Source: Candidatus Kapaibacterium sp. (GTDB lineage Bacteria > Bacteroidota > Ignavibacteria > Kapaibacteriales > UBA2268). Taken from it: a stretch of DNA of 64,000 bases. The notes beneath the pieces were generated by a model. That model was not told the origin of the DNA. It saw nothing but the letters and a program-made list of their open reading frames with translations, and ran no database searches. The position numbers were made by a program, and so were the translations under genes. Each line of letters opens with the position of its first letter. Position 1 is the first letter of the stretch. Location of the stretch: positions 3,104,001 through 3,168,000 of the forward strand of contig OY762428.1 in assembly GCA_963665665.1 (NCBI GenBank), read 5' to 3'. Below are positions 38,433 to 47,834 of this stretch, piece after piece.

Positions 38433-41225
38433 ATGAAACCTAATAACTATCTTTCACTAATGATACTAATTGTTCTATTTCTTCCTGTTGGCTTGAAATC
38501 CTTTGAATTAACAGGAGATATGAAATACCTAATGCAAAACAGCAACTGTGGAAAGGAATTCTGGATAGCGCTTCCGCAGAACGAAGATCCGAGAGCTTCC
38601 ATTTCCCAGGAAGGCCTGGAGATCATTGTTACTTCCTATAAAGACACAAAAGTAACCCTTGAATATCCTTCAACCGGATTTGTAAGAACCAAGGATGTTA
38701 TTGCATATCAACCAACTGTTTTCACAAGTGAGGACTCTGATGTTCAGTTCAACTGGGTGGTTACCGAAAGTGAAACGGTGCTGGACAAAGCAGTGCATAT
38801 AATTGCGGACGACCCTGTTTTCGTATTTTCAATAAACGTCAAAAGATGGAGCGCCGAAGGATATACTGCCCTGCCAATCAGAAGCTGGGGCACTGAATAT
38901 CTCCATTGCAGCTACTTTGACGACCACGAGAACAATCGCGACCGTGGCAGTGGATTTATAATTGTTGCTGCTGAAAATAATACTCAGGTAAATATCCAGC
39001 TTAACGGTGCTGGTGCAGGTGTGGCAACAACCGTCGGAGGACGTGAAATAGGCGATGCCTTTTCCGTAAAGCTTAATAAAGGGCAAACATACATGGTTCG
39101 CGGAGACGGCTCCACTTACGGGCAGTTCGACCTAAGCGGCTCCGAAATAACTGCCAGCAACCCGATAGGGCTGATTTCTTTCCACATGAGATGTCCTATG
39201 CCGTCAAATCCCGCACGCGATCTTTACAGGGATAATCTGTCGGAAATGCTCCCGCCCGTATCACAATGGGGTAAGCAGCATGTATCAGTCCAATTCTCAA
39301 GAACGAAAAACGGAAGCCGCGAAGGCGACGGAGATAATTTCAGGGCTATGTCAGGGGAAGCTTCCAACAATGTTTCATGTGTTTACATGGAAAAAGGCGG
39401 TGGAAGTATTATCGGACAGCCGGAAATGAAAATCAATAAAAAAGGCCAGTTTTTCGAGCCATTCAACATTATGACTATTGACAGGAGAAACAATAAACTT
39501 ACATCAGTTCGGGGAGTTTCTCATTGGAGTGGCGAAAAACCATACATGCTCAATCAGTATGCATGGTCTTATCAATGGGACGGAGACTTAAGCTGGGATC
39601 CGCTTCAGATAGTAATACCCCCTGTTGAGCAATATGTTTCCAACGCAATCTTCTGTACACCTTCTTCAAGGCTAAGTTTTAACGATAATGAGCTAAACCT
39701 CTTTGTTATCGGCGATCCTGACGATCCGGACAAAGCACTGCTTAAATCAGTAAAGCTTGACGGCAAACCAATTTACGAATCAACTCCCGGAATTATTACC
39801 AACAGAATTACAGGTACCGATATTTACTGGGTTAAGCTTTTTGTTGGTCCGGGAACGCACAGTGTTGAATCGAATACAAAATTCGGAGGATATCTGACCG
39901 GTTTCAGGGCGTATTATTCTTACGGATGGCCTATAACCATGGGTACCAACACAATTGACGAACTCGACGAGGTACCTCCTGTATTTGAAGTTGATGAAGA
40001 CTGTGGTAATTACTTCGTTAAAGTTACAGAAAGAACCAAAGGCGAACCATATCCGGAACAGGAAGACCGGGGGATCAGCCGTGTTGTCCTGATTGAAGAC
40101 AGCTCCTATAATTTTAATTTCGAAATTCTTAACGAAGAAAGTTTTATTCCCCAGCATAAGATCACCGAAGTAAATTTTGTACTTGAAGTGATTGATCCCA
40201 TGAAAGAAGCTTTTGCCGTTTTTGCCGCTTTGGACAAAGCAGGAAATTACAGAATAGATTCTATTCGCTTTTATCCGGAAACTGTGGTACTTGAACCGGA
40301 AGAAGTTGTTATGCAGCCAATTCGTGCCGGAACTTCGATAAGTGATACCGTTAAAGTCATGAATACATCGGACAAGAACCTGACGATTAATGGCATTGAA
40401 ATGCAAAACGGAAGTAAATTCTTTATTAAAAACAGCCAGGATTATGTTGGCCTTGCTTTCAACTCCGGAACTGATGTTGATATTATTATTGATTACATCG
40501 CTCCTCTTGAGGACATGAAATCTGATGATATCGATACGCTGATAGTTCACACGGTTTGCTTCGAGTACAAGTATCAGATATCCGCCTCGGCTTTGATTAA
40601 TAATATCATGGTGGAAGATTTTGATTTTGGCAAACATGAAGTTAATACAAGCGTTTGCATAGAGGATATAAATAACGACGGACTGAAAATCACAAACTCC
40701 GGCGAATGGCCCCTTCTTCTGAAATCCCTTGAAGGCGCTGCCGATCCGTTCTTTGTTGAAATTAATTCTCCATCTTTGCCAAAAGTACTTGAACCTGGTG
40801 AGGAAATATATTTCAAATCAATATGCTTCTTCCCTAAGGACAGCGGCAGTTTCAGCGCCGAACTAACGTTTACATCCGATGCTATGAGCGGCGACAGTGT
40901 TATCAGCCTTACCGGGCTTGCATTCAAAGTAGATACTACAGGTATTATAGATAATCCTGCCGGCAGCTCCGATATCAGTGTTATCTCTATGCCTGTGTAT
41001 TCAGATATTCTTGAAATTGGTTTGCCTGAAATACCGGCAGGCGAGATCAACTTGTCAATATTCAACATAAACGGAATAAACACCGGCATTAACAGGAAAG
41101 TCATGATTCAGGATTCGCGTCAGGCTGTAAATATCAACACCGGGAAACTTCCCGACGGAGTTTATATTATTCAGGTTTCTGCCGGATCGAGAACATATAC
41201 TGCCAGATTTATAAGATTGAGATAG
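38433..41225 (+). CDS. IgGFc-binding-domain protein with Ig-like repeats and T9SS C-terminal domain
   Basis: GKEFWIA, ALPIRSWGTEY, IVAAENNTQV, LNKGQTY, DLSGSEITASNPI, EMLPPVSQWGK, YSYGWP; tail LPDGVYIIQV. ATG 38433 gives a signal peptide. Confidence 0.8.
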   Translation: MKPNNYLSLMILIVLFLPVGLKSFELTGDMKYLMQNSNCGKEFWIALPQNEDPRASISQEGLEIIVTSYKDTKVTLEYPSTGFVRTKDVIAYQPTVFTSEDSDVQFNWVVTESETVLDKAVHIIADDPVFVFSINVKRWSAEGYTALPIRSWGTEYLHCSYFDDHENNRDRGSGFIIVAAENNTQVNIQLNGAGAGVATTVGGREIGDAFSVKLNKGQTYMVRGDGSTYGQFDLSGSEITASNPIGLISFHMRCPMPSNPARDLYRDNLSEMLPPVSQWGKQHVSVQFSRTKNGSREGDGDNFRAMSGEASNNVSCVYMEKGGGSIIGQPEMKINKKGQFFEPFNIMTIDRRNNKLTSVRGVSHWSGEKPYMLNQYAWSYQWDGDLSWDPLQIVIPPVEQYVSNAIFCTPSSRLSFNDNELNLFVIGDPDDPDKALLKSVKLDGKPIYESTPGIITNRITGTDIYWVKLFVGPGTHSVESNTKFGGYLTGFRAYYSYGWPITMGTNTIDELDEVPPVFEVDEDCGNYFVKVTERTKGEPYPEQEDRGISRVVLIEDSSYNFNFEILNEESFIPQHKITEVNFVLEVIDPMKEAFAVFAALDKAGNYRIDSIRFYPETVVLEPEEVVMQPIRAGTSISDTVKVMNTSDKNLTINGIEMQNGSKFFIKNSQDYVGLAFNSGTDVDIIIDYIAPLEDMKSDDIDTLIVHTVCFEYKYQISASALINNIMVEDFDFGKHEVNTSVCIEDINNDGLKITNSGEWPLLLKSLEGAADPFFVEINSPSLPKVLEPGEEIYFKSICFFPKDSGSFSAELTFTSDAMSGDSVISLTGLAFKVDTTGIIDNPAGSSDISVISMPVYSDILEIGLPEIPAGEINLSIFNINGINTGINRKVMIQDSRQAVNINTGKLPDGVYIIQVSAGSRTYTARFIRLR

Positions 41226-41421
41226 TTTTTTTTATATGCGGATTTTCATAAACTCATCGGGTAACTAATTGTAAGCCGATGAGTTTTTTTATTTTTAGCA
41301 AAATGAAGATTCCGAAAGCACAGGGGATTGCTGCTAAAGCATGAACCATTGCCATGAATACAAAAACACAAGCTTAAGATTTTGCCTGAGCTTGTGTTTA
41401 AAATGGGAATTTATAAAGATA

Positions 41422-42261
41422 TTATAGTTTCTTCAAAGCCATCGAAATATTTTTTATTCCTTCGAAAGCCGGCAGAGGCAGGGAAATATTACCTGCCGGA
41501 ACATCGGATTCTCTCGGGTTTATCCTGATCAGCTTTGCATTTCGGCGTATGGAAGAAGATTCTGACTGATAGCGAACCGTAGGAACTGCTTTGCCGGCGC
41601 CAATTTCAATTATAACAAGTTTTTTGCCCTTTAATGAATCGAGCCAGTCATACATCCTTTTTTCCTGGAGGTCCGAACGGTATGAAAGCCAGCTCCAATC
41701 GCCAAACATGAGAATATTTGGCCTTGCCAGTGCGCCGCAATGCGGACATTTTGGCAGCGGGTCGGCTGCGAGCATAGTACTTTCGTCTACGTCGATATTT
41801 ATATCATCGCCCCGCCATATTTCCTTGGTGCATGGTTCCGAACACTGAAAACTATGAATGGAACCGTGGCATTCCACTATTTTCTCCCTGTCGAAGCCTG
41901 CTTTCTGAAATTGTCCGTCAACATTGGATGTAAATGCAAAGTAACCATCAGGTTTTTTATCGCAAATCTCTCTTAATATTCTGAAACCGTCATGCGGGTT
42001 GGTATCCCTGTATAAATGCAACCTGTGGCCGTAGAAACCCCATGCCAGGTTCGGATTTGTTTTGAACCACCTGGGATTGGCCATTTTCGTGAAAGAAATT
42101 CCTGCTTTCTCGAGTGGTGGGTATGCTTTCCAGAATCCTTCATCACCCCTGAAATCGGGCAGGCCCGAATCAACACCGATTCCTGCACCGGCAAGAACAA
42201 ACAAAGCGTCAGCCTGTTTGATTTCGCGGGCAGCTTCTTCAATAACACCCTGTATATTCAT
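41422..42261 (-). CDS. Sir2-family NAD-dependent deacylase
   Basis: GAGIGVDSGLPDFRG, TSNVDG, ECHGS, Zn-binding CxxxC and CxxC, RPNILMFGD, INP. Confidence 0.9.
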   Translation of the reverse strand: MNIQGVIEEAAREIKQADALFVLAGAGIGVDSGLPDFRGDEGFWKAYPPLEKAGISFTKMANPRWFKTNPNLAWGFYGHRLHLYRDTNPHDGFRILREICDKKPDGYFAFTSNVDGQFQKAGFDREKIVECHGSIHSFQCSEPCTKEIWRGDDINIDVDESTMLAADPLPKCPHCGALARPNILMFGDWSWLSYRSDLQEKRMYDWLDSLKGKKLVIIEIGAGKAVPTVRYQSESSSIRRNAKLIRINPRESDVPAGNISLPLPAFEGIKNISMALKKL

Positions 42262-42682
42262 TTGGCCCTCCGAAAATAGTAGTTTCAATAAAAGATAAAA
42301 ATCAAGTAATCAATGTTCGTGTTCCCGGGGCTGCCATCACAATTTTAACAAATAATCATTTCGCCTGTAAAATAATACTGAAAAAAATAATATTATAAAA
42401 GACTTATTTTTTTGAATATTAGTGAATATGATAGGATTATCTATCAATTTTTTGGTTTCCACCTTTAAAATCATTGATGTATAAAAACTTAATAATATTA
42501 GGCAATCCAAAGAAAAAAATTACTATGTAACCATAATGTTGTAGAAATTTAAAATCAAAGCCGGGATTAATTTTAATGAATTAAATTTGCTGACATGAGC
42601 CCAAAAACAGAATTGTTTTGATACAAACAATTAAAATGCTAAATTCCGTTCGGAACATAATAACAACCTGCGATATTGAAAA

Positions 42683-43609
42683 ATGACTGAAACAAAATTA
42701 TTTAAAGAAATTGCTGCGCTGGAAACAGAGCAGAGAAATCCAGTATCATCGAATATTGATAAAGCTTCTACAAGAGAAATTCTTGAAATAATTAATTCCC
42801 AGGATATGCTGGTGTCAAGAGCTGTTAGTGCCGAAATTGAGAATATTGGCAAAGCCGTGGACGGAATTGTTGATGCTTTCAGGGCAGGAGGGCGACTGTT
42901 CTATTTTGGCGCGGGTACCAGCGGAAGGCTCGGGGTGGTTGATGCATCCGAATGCCCGCCAACATTCGGAACTGACCCCGAAATGGTACAGGGAATTATC
43001 GCAGGCGGCAGAGAGGCTATGTTCGTTGCACAGGAGGGGGCAGAGGATTCCGAAGAAAACGGCGGAAATGAACTTGAGGAACGTGGAATTGACAAACCGG
43101 ACGTTGTTTGCGGAATTGCCGCTTCCGGCAGGACGCCCTTTGTGAAAGGAGCCGTGAACGGCGCCAAGGAAAAGGGAATTTTCACAATAATGATATCCAC
43201 GGTGCCAAGGCACAAAGTAATTTCCCTCGGGATAAATGCCGATGTTTATATATGTCCGGATGTAGGCCCGGAAGTTATCACAGGCTCAACAAGAATGAAA
43301 TCCGGAACAGCGCAGAAAATGGTACTCAATATGCTTACAACAGCGGCAATGGTTCGAATGGGGAAAACTCACGGAAATATTATGGTTGACCTTCAGCTGA
43401 CAAATGCCAAGCTTGTGGAAAGAGCGAAGAAGACAATAATGACGATTTGCAATGTTGATTACGCTACTGCCGGGGATCTGCTTGAGAAATCCCAAGGGCA
43501 TGTAAAATCAGCCCTTGTAATGTCTCTTGGGGGAGTTGACTATAACAAAGCAAAGGAGTTGCTGATAAAAGCCAAAGGATTTGTCCGGGTGGCTATTGAT
43601 ATGGCCTGA
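42683..43609 (+). CDS. murQ: N-acetylmuramic acid 6-phosphate etherase
   Basis: TEQRNP, GAGTSGRLG.VDASECPPTFG, EGAED, AASGRTP, GPEVITGSTRMKSGTAQKMVLN, NAKL. Confidence 0.97.
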   Translation: MTETKLFKEIAALETEQRNPVSSNIDKASTREILEIINSQDMLVSRAVSAEIENIGKAVDGIVDAFRAGGRLFYFGAGTSGRLGVVDASECPPTFGTDPEMVQGIIAGGREAMFVAQEGAEDSEENGGNELEERGIDKPDVVCGIAASGRTPFVKGAVNGAKEKGIFTIMISTVPRHKVISLGINADVYICPDVGPEVITGSTRMKSGTAQKMVLNMLTTAAMVRMGKTHGNIMVDLQLTNAKLVERAKKTIMTICNVDYATAGDLLEKSQGHVKSALVMSLGGVDYNKAKELLIKAKGFVRVAIDMA

Positions 43610-43665
43610 TAGGCAATCAATATTCAGGCCCAGTTATAAAATTTTGCAAAAAGCAATAACAGGTA

Positions 43666-44337
43666 TTACCTGCCTTCAACTACCAAAATTTCCACTCTCC
43701 TGTTTTTTCTTCTGCCTTGTTCCGTATCATTTCTGGCAAGAGGGTTTGTTGCCCCACGGCCTGTAGAAAGGATAAGTCGCCTGCTTAACCCTTTACTTAA
43801 CAGATAATTTACAACATTTTCAGCTCTGCTTTGGGATAATCTGAAATTTTTAGAAGTTGATAATGTATTATCAGAATATCCGACGATTCTAATTTCATAT
43901 CCCTCGTTGGCTTTACAGAATTCAATAATTTTATCTAAGTATTCGATCAGTGCCGGGTACATATCAGTATCTTCAGTCTTTTGATATGGAAATTTCTCGG
44001 TTTTTTCGATAATAAGTGTGTCGGGTGTTTTGATCTCAGTTTCTACTAATGGATATTCTGTAATTTCTCCGTCAATCATTTCTTTGCTGGGGGATGAACT
44101 TAATACCATCGCCACAGGTTCTGACTTATGAATATGAGGCATTCTACTGTCTTCACCTGTTTCAGGCGGCTCCAACAGTTTTATTGAAGTATCTGCTTCT
44201 TTCTTTTCATTATCGGCGGTTTCAGGCGGCTCCAACAATTTTATTGAAGCATCTGCTTCTTTCTTTTCATTATCGGCAGTTTTGCATGATGAAAGAACTA
44301 AGATAGAAAGTATGATTAACGTCAATATTTGTCTCAT
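43666..44337 (-). CDS. OmpA-C domain lipoprotein with duplicated 20-aa linker
   Basis: LSSC lipobox; GYSD...NFRLSQSRA...GRG...N...GRRKNRRVEI. Confidence 0.85.
   Translation of the reverse strand: MRQILTLIILSILVLSSCKTADNEKKEADASIKLLEPPETADNEKKEADTSIKLLEPPETGEDSRMPHIHKSEPVAMVLSSSPSKEMIDGEITEYPLVETEIKTPDTLIIEKTEKFPYQKTEDTDMYPALIEYLDKIIEFCKANEGYEIRIVGYSDNTLSTSKNFRLSQSRAENVVNYLLSKGLSRRLILSTGRGATNPLARNDTEQGRRKNRRVEILVVEGR
44161..44280. repeat. Two 60-bp in-frame tandem repeat units
   Basis: 44161-44220 versus 44221-44280, 3 mismatches; encodes TADNEKKEAD(A/T)SIKLLEPPE. Confidence 0.95.
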
Positions 44338-44404
44338 TATAATATTCTCTGATTAATTGATAGTAAAAAGCCACTTTATAATTAATGTCATTATCAGAAA
44401 CACC

Positions 44405-44917
44405 TTAATTTTTCATCACTAAAATTTCCACTCTTCGGTTTTTTCTTCTGCCTTCTTCGTTGTTATTTTTTGCTATAGGCTGAATTGGCCCCCTTCCTGT
44501 AGATAATATGTGCTTTTTGCTTATTCCTTTGCTTATTAGATAATCCGTTACTTTTTTTGCTCTTATCTTCGATATTTCATAATTTTTTTCCATTGATAAC
44601 GAGTTGTCGGAATGTCCGATTATCCTGATTGTATATCCGTGGTTTGTTTGCAGGAAGCCGGCTACTTTATCTAAATATTCGATCAGAGAGTCATAAAGGT
44701 TACTGTCCTCAGGTTTATCATAATAGAAAATTTCAATTTTTCCGATAACAATTGGAAGTGGCATTGTGATTTCAGCAGACTTTTGTGAAACGGGTTTTTC
44801 GCTGATATTATCCAGTTTTTTTACTTCGCTGCCGGAATGGCTGCTATCTGATTCTGTAGTCTTGCATGATGTAAGTATCAAAACCGTAAGTAATATTAAG
44901 GTGGAAATATATTTCAT
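44405..44917 (-). CDS. OmpA-C domain lipoprotein, paralog of the neighbouring gene
   Basis: LTSC lipobox; LIEYLDK, GHSD, ILSTGRG, GRRKNRRVEILV shared with 43666-44337. Confidence 0.85.
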   Translation of the reverse strand: MKYISTLILLTVLILTSCKTTESDSSHSGSEVKKLDNISEKPVSQKSAEITMPLPIVIGKIEIFYYDKPEDSNLYDSLIEYLDKVAGFLQTNHGYTIRIIGHSDNSLSMEKNYEISKIRAKKVTDYLISKGISKKHILSTGRGPIQPIAKNNNEEGRRKNRRVEILVMKN

Positions 44918-45005
44918 GTTCTTATCCCGGTAAATTCAATATCATGATTTTTAGTAATATAAATATCATTAAAATAATATACAAACAAAGATTTGCAATT
45001 TTTTA

Positions 45006-46013
45006 TCAACTCCATTTTGATTCAAACCACAAATAGGCCTTAGGATTGGTCATTTCAGGTGTAAAAGTAAATTTAAAATGGTGAAATCCCATAAATGTTT
45101 CTATCAATCTGATTTTTTGGTTTCCGCTAACAAGGTTTATTTCATTGTCGTGGTAAACAGGTTCCGGAATCATGGGAATAATCCCTGCAATATTATCAAT
45201 TAGAAGGTTGCTGCTGATCATTTTATCGATTAGAATCTCGGTTTTTCTTTTCTGGATAAAATCAAAACTGTTATTGATAAAACATTCCACCCCGATTCTG
45301 TCCGATAGATTTCCGCCAACAATGCTAAGCTGCAATGAAAATACATCGAAAAATTTATTATATAAAGAAACAAATTGTAACAGATTATCTATTCCGGTTT
45401 CGGAATATCCTGACAGGGTTAGAAAACTTTTAATATTCCCGGGATTAACCGAAGATATTAAAAGCCTGACTGCGTTGTTTTTACGGCCAAGCATTATGCC
45501 AATGCAATTCAGATTAGATTCCGGGGGCATAGCTGATACTATCGTTGATATTTGCTGAATGGTATTGGGATTGATTTCAGAACTTTCTTTTCCCATGGCT
45601 TTGCTTATGGCAGTGAAATAGTCCTTTGTTATATTGAAATTTTCCTGGTTTATACCCCAGAAATATGAAGGGTAAGGCACAAAATCATTCTTTCCGGTAT
45701 CGTATTCATACCAGGTGAAATCAATATGATCCTTAAGTTCACTTGAAAAAAGTAAATTTGCTTTCAGATCAGTGTGTTTTGCGATATTATCTGAATGAAG
45801 AAGATTAACGGAGTTCCTGCCCAGCTTTGATAAAGATAATAGAAGGTCAGCCCCCGGAGTGCTAATATTGCATGGGAATTCAAAACCCGATAAAAAATAT
45901 GCTAATTCGGCAGGTAAGCGGGAAGATAAATCAAATATTGCTTTTCTGCTTTTTGAAGAAATTGTATTGCAAATCCGCCGGAGAGGCGCTTCTATGTAGT
46001 CCGAAAGAACCAT
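45006..46013 (-). CDS. Hypothetical protein, putative ABBA-fold aromatic/peptide prenyltransferase
   Basis: GFE, ADLL, WYEYD, PYPSYFW, IGIMLGR, VRL, RIGVECF, HHFK, KAYL pattern, recalled from proteins in cyanobacterial RiPP clusters; not verified by search. Confidence 0.45.
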   Translation of the reverse strand: MVLSDYIEAPLRRICNTISSKSRKAIFDLSSRLPAELAYFLSGFEFPCNISTPGADLLLSLSKLGRNSVNLLHSDNIAKHTDLKANLLFSSELKDHIDFTWYEYDTGKNDFVPYPSYFWGINQENFNITKDYFTAISKAMGKESSEINPNTIQQISTIVSAMPPESNLNCIGIMLGRKNNAVRLLISSVNPGNIKSFLTLSGYSETGIDNLLQFVSLYNKFFDVFSLQLSIVGGNLSDRIGVECFINNSFDFIQKRKTEILIDKMISSNLLIDNIAGIIPMIPEPVYHDNEINLVSGNQKIRLIETFMGFHHFKFTFTPEMTNPKAYLWFESKWS

Positions 46014-46167
46014 AATTATTCATTTCCAAAATTTTTTTTAGCTTAAATTAAAAATTTTCGTGATTTTTTTTACATTTTTCTTTATATTATTAAAAGTTAA
46101 ACTGAATATAAAATCCGAAAGACTATACTTTTGAAATTCCATTTACTAACAATCACGAGAGGATACA

Positions 46168-46629
46168 ATGGCAAAAATTGAATTCAAAGACCTCGAACAG
46201 AATGCAGAACTTGATGCCGATGCAATGAAAAAAGTTGTAGGCGCAGGCCTTTACGACAAATCAACCGGTGTATATGGAAATACCGGACATAAGCATGGCG
46301 GTGATGCTACAAATCAGGGCGATCAGGCCGGCGGAGCCGGTGGAGCCGGTGGAAGTTCGCGGGGTTCAACCTGGGGCTGGAACCAGGGCGGCGGCGGCGG
46401 AAGCGCATCGCAATCTGCCGGTGGCGGCGGCGGTGGCTGGCTTAGTGCCGGCGGCGGCGGTTCCATTACTAATTCCAATGCTACAGGCGGAGCCGGTGGT
46501 GGTGTAACTGATATTGGCGCTGTAGGCGGTGCCGGCGGTGCCGGTGGCGCTGCTGTAGGAGCTATGGGCGGTGCTGTATCAGACCAGATTACTAATTCTG
46601 TCAGCATCCCGGTAACTATGAATATCTAA
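46168..46629 (+). CDS. Gly-rich protein with double-glycine-type leader (precursor/subunit 1)
   Basis: Leader MAKIEFKDL...ELDADAMKKVVGA; GGAGGAGG core; ends IPVTMNI; GAGGA RBS. Confidence 0.75.
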   Translation: MAKIEFKDLEQNAELDADAMKKVVGAGLYDKSTGVYGNTGHKHGGDATNQGDQAGGAGGAGGSSRGSTWGWNQGGGGGSASQSAGGGGGGWLSAGGGGSITNSNATGGAGGGVTDIGAVGGAGGAGGAAVGAMGGAVSDQITNSVSIPVTMNI

Positions 46630-46653
46630 GTTCATTTAAAGATGATTTTTTAT

Positions 46654-46687
46654 ACCCGGGATATTAGTATTCCGGGTTTATTTTTTT
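46654..46687 (+). terminator. Probable intrinsic terminator after precursor 1
   Basis: ACCCGGGATA-TTAG-TATTCCGGGT stem followed by a T-rich tail. Confidence 0.65.
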
Positions 46688-46700
46688 AACTGGAAAAAAA

Positions 46701-47189
46701 ATGGTAAGAATTATAGCAATCATTGTATTACTGGCAATTACAGTTCTTGCTTGTGATGATGACAGTACATCGGCGAAGCCAACAGGGCAGGATACTTTAA
46801 TAGCAACAATCAGCGGTTCAAAAGTTCTTGAATTTTCAGCACAGGGAGTGAACGTGAATATTTACCCTCAGGATGGTTTTGATCTTGCGCTATATTCCGG
46901 AACCATGATTGAAAATACAAGCCATATTTATTCTGTTTATTTTGCTCTTATCGACAGTAGTGATACTTACACTTTCGATTTGGCCGGCAGCGAAGGTTTT
47001 ACCCGTTTTGAATATGATATAGGTATGGCCGGGGCAATTGTTTATGGCGACAGCATAAGTGGAAAAGTGGTTGTTTCTGAAGTTACAAAAGATTATATTA
47101 AAGGCAGTTTTGATTTCGAGGCGGTTAATAATAACGGTTCCGGAAAAGTAAGCATAACAAACGGCTATTTTGTTCGTTATAAAAATTAA
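46701..47189 (+). CDS. Beta-rich lipoprotein of unknown function (DUF6252-like)
   Basis: VLAC lipobox; C-terminal SGKVVV...IKGSFDFEA...VSITNGYF. Confidence 0.7.
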   Translation: MVRIIAIIVLLAITVLACDDDSTSAKPTGQDTLIATISGSKVLEFSAQGVNVNIYPQDGFDLALYSGTMIENTSHIYSVYFALIDSSDTYTFDLAGSEGFTRFEYDIGMAGAIVYGDSISGKVVVSEVTKDYIKGSFDFEAVNNNGSGKVSITNGYFVRYKN

Positions 47190-47219
47190 ATACATTGAAA
47201 AACCTGAAGCGGAGTATAT

Positions 47220-47639
47220 ATGGCTAAGATTTCTCTTCACGACCTTGACCACAAGAAAGAAATAAGCAGCGAGGAAGCCGACAGTATTATCGGAGGAAGC
47301 AATAACTATGGCATGGCTGCCAATACAGGAAGCAAAACCGGCGGGAATGCAACTAATAACGGCGATATTGCCGGAGGCGCAGGAGGGGGCGGAGGAAGCG
47401 CCACAGGTAATACTTATGGCAACAACACGGCCGGATTTGGCGGATCGGCTAACCAATGGACTCCGTTTGGTTCAATTGCCGGATCGAATGTAACCGGCGG
47501 TGCTGGCGGTTCTGTAACAAACATTGGTGCCAAAGCCGGAGACGGTGGTGCGGGCGGAAATGCCGTGGGTGCTGAAGGCGGGGCTGTAACTGACAATATT
47601 ATCACTGAGATAAATATTCCGGTAACGATGAATATTTAA
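47220..47639 (+). CDS. Gly-rich protein with double-glycine leader (precursor/subunit 2)
   Basis: Leader MAKISLHDL...EISSEEADSIIGG; paralog of 46168; ends IPVTMNI; GGAG RBS. Confidence 0.75.
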   Translation: MAKISLHDLDHKKEISSEEADSIIGGSNNYGMAANTGSKTGGNATNNGDIAGGAGGGGGSATGNTYGNNTAGFGGSANQWTPFGSIAGSNVTGGAGGSVTNIGAKAGDGGAGGNAVGAEGGAVTDNIITEINIPVTMNI

Positions 47640-47834
47640 AATATTATAACTTAGACGTGATTGTTTTTAAGTATTTCAAATTTCCTGTCGATTAATTCAT
47701 AAAATGGGCATTTGCAAGGAGTGTCCTGCTATGGATAATAATTATATTCCAATGAAACATTAGCCTGATAGTATCGTATAATAACCACCCGTCCGTTTTT
47801 AGTTATTTGTTTGGTTTAATTTGTCAGGTTATTT

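Noticed and set aside
41422-42261. Sir2 protein as an anti-phage NADase (Thoeris/DSR type)
   Set aside because: Single-domain sirtuin with Zn-binding cysteines and no defence partner genes adjacent; fits a housekeeping deacylase.
46323-47605. Pro-rich antisense ORFs (46323-46607, 47414-47605) and other long shadow ORFs such as 20545-21285, 23295-24266, 39780-40637 and 52848-53492
   Set aside because: They are reverse-strand shadows of well-supported genes, with no independent motifs.
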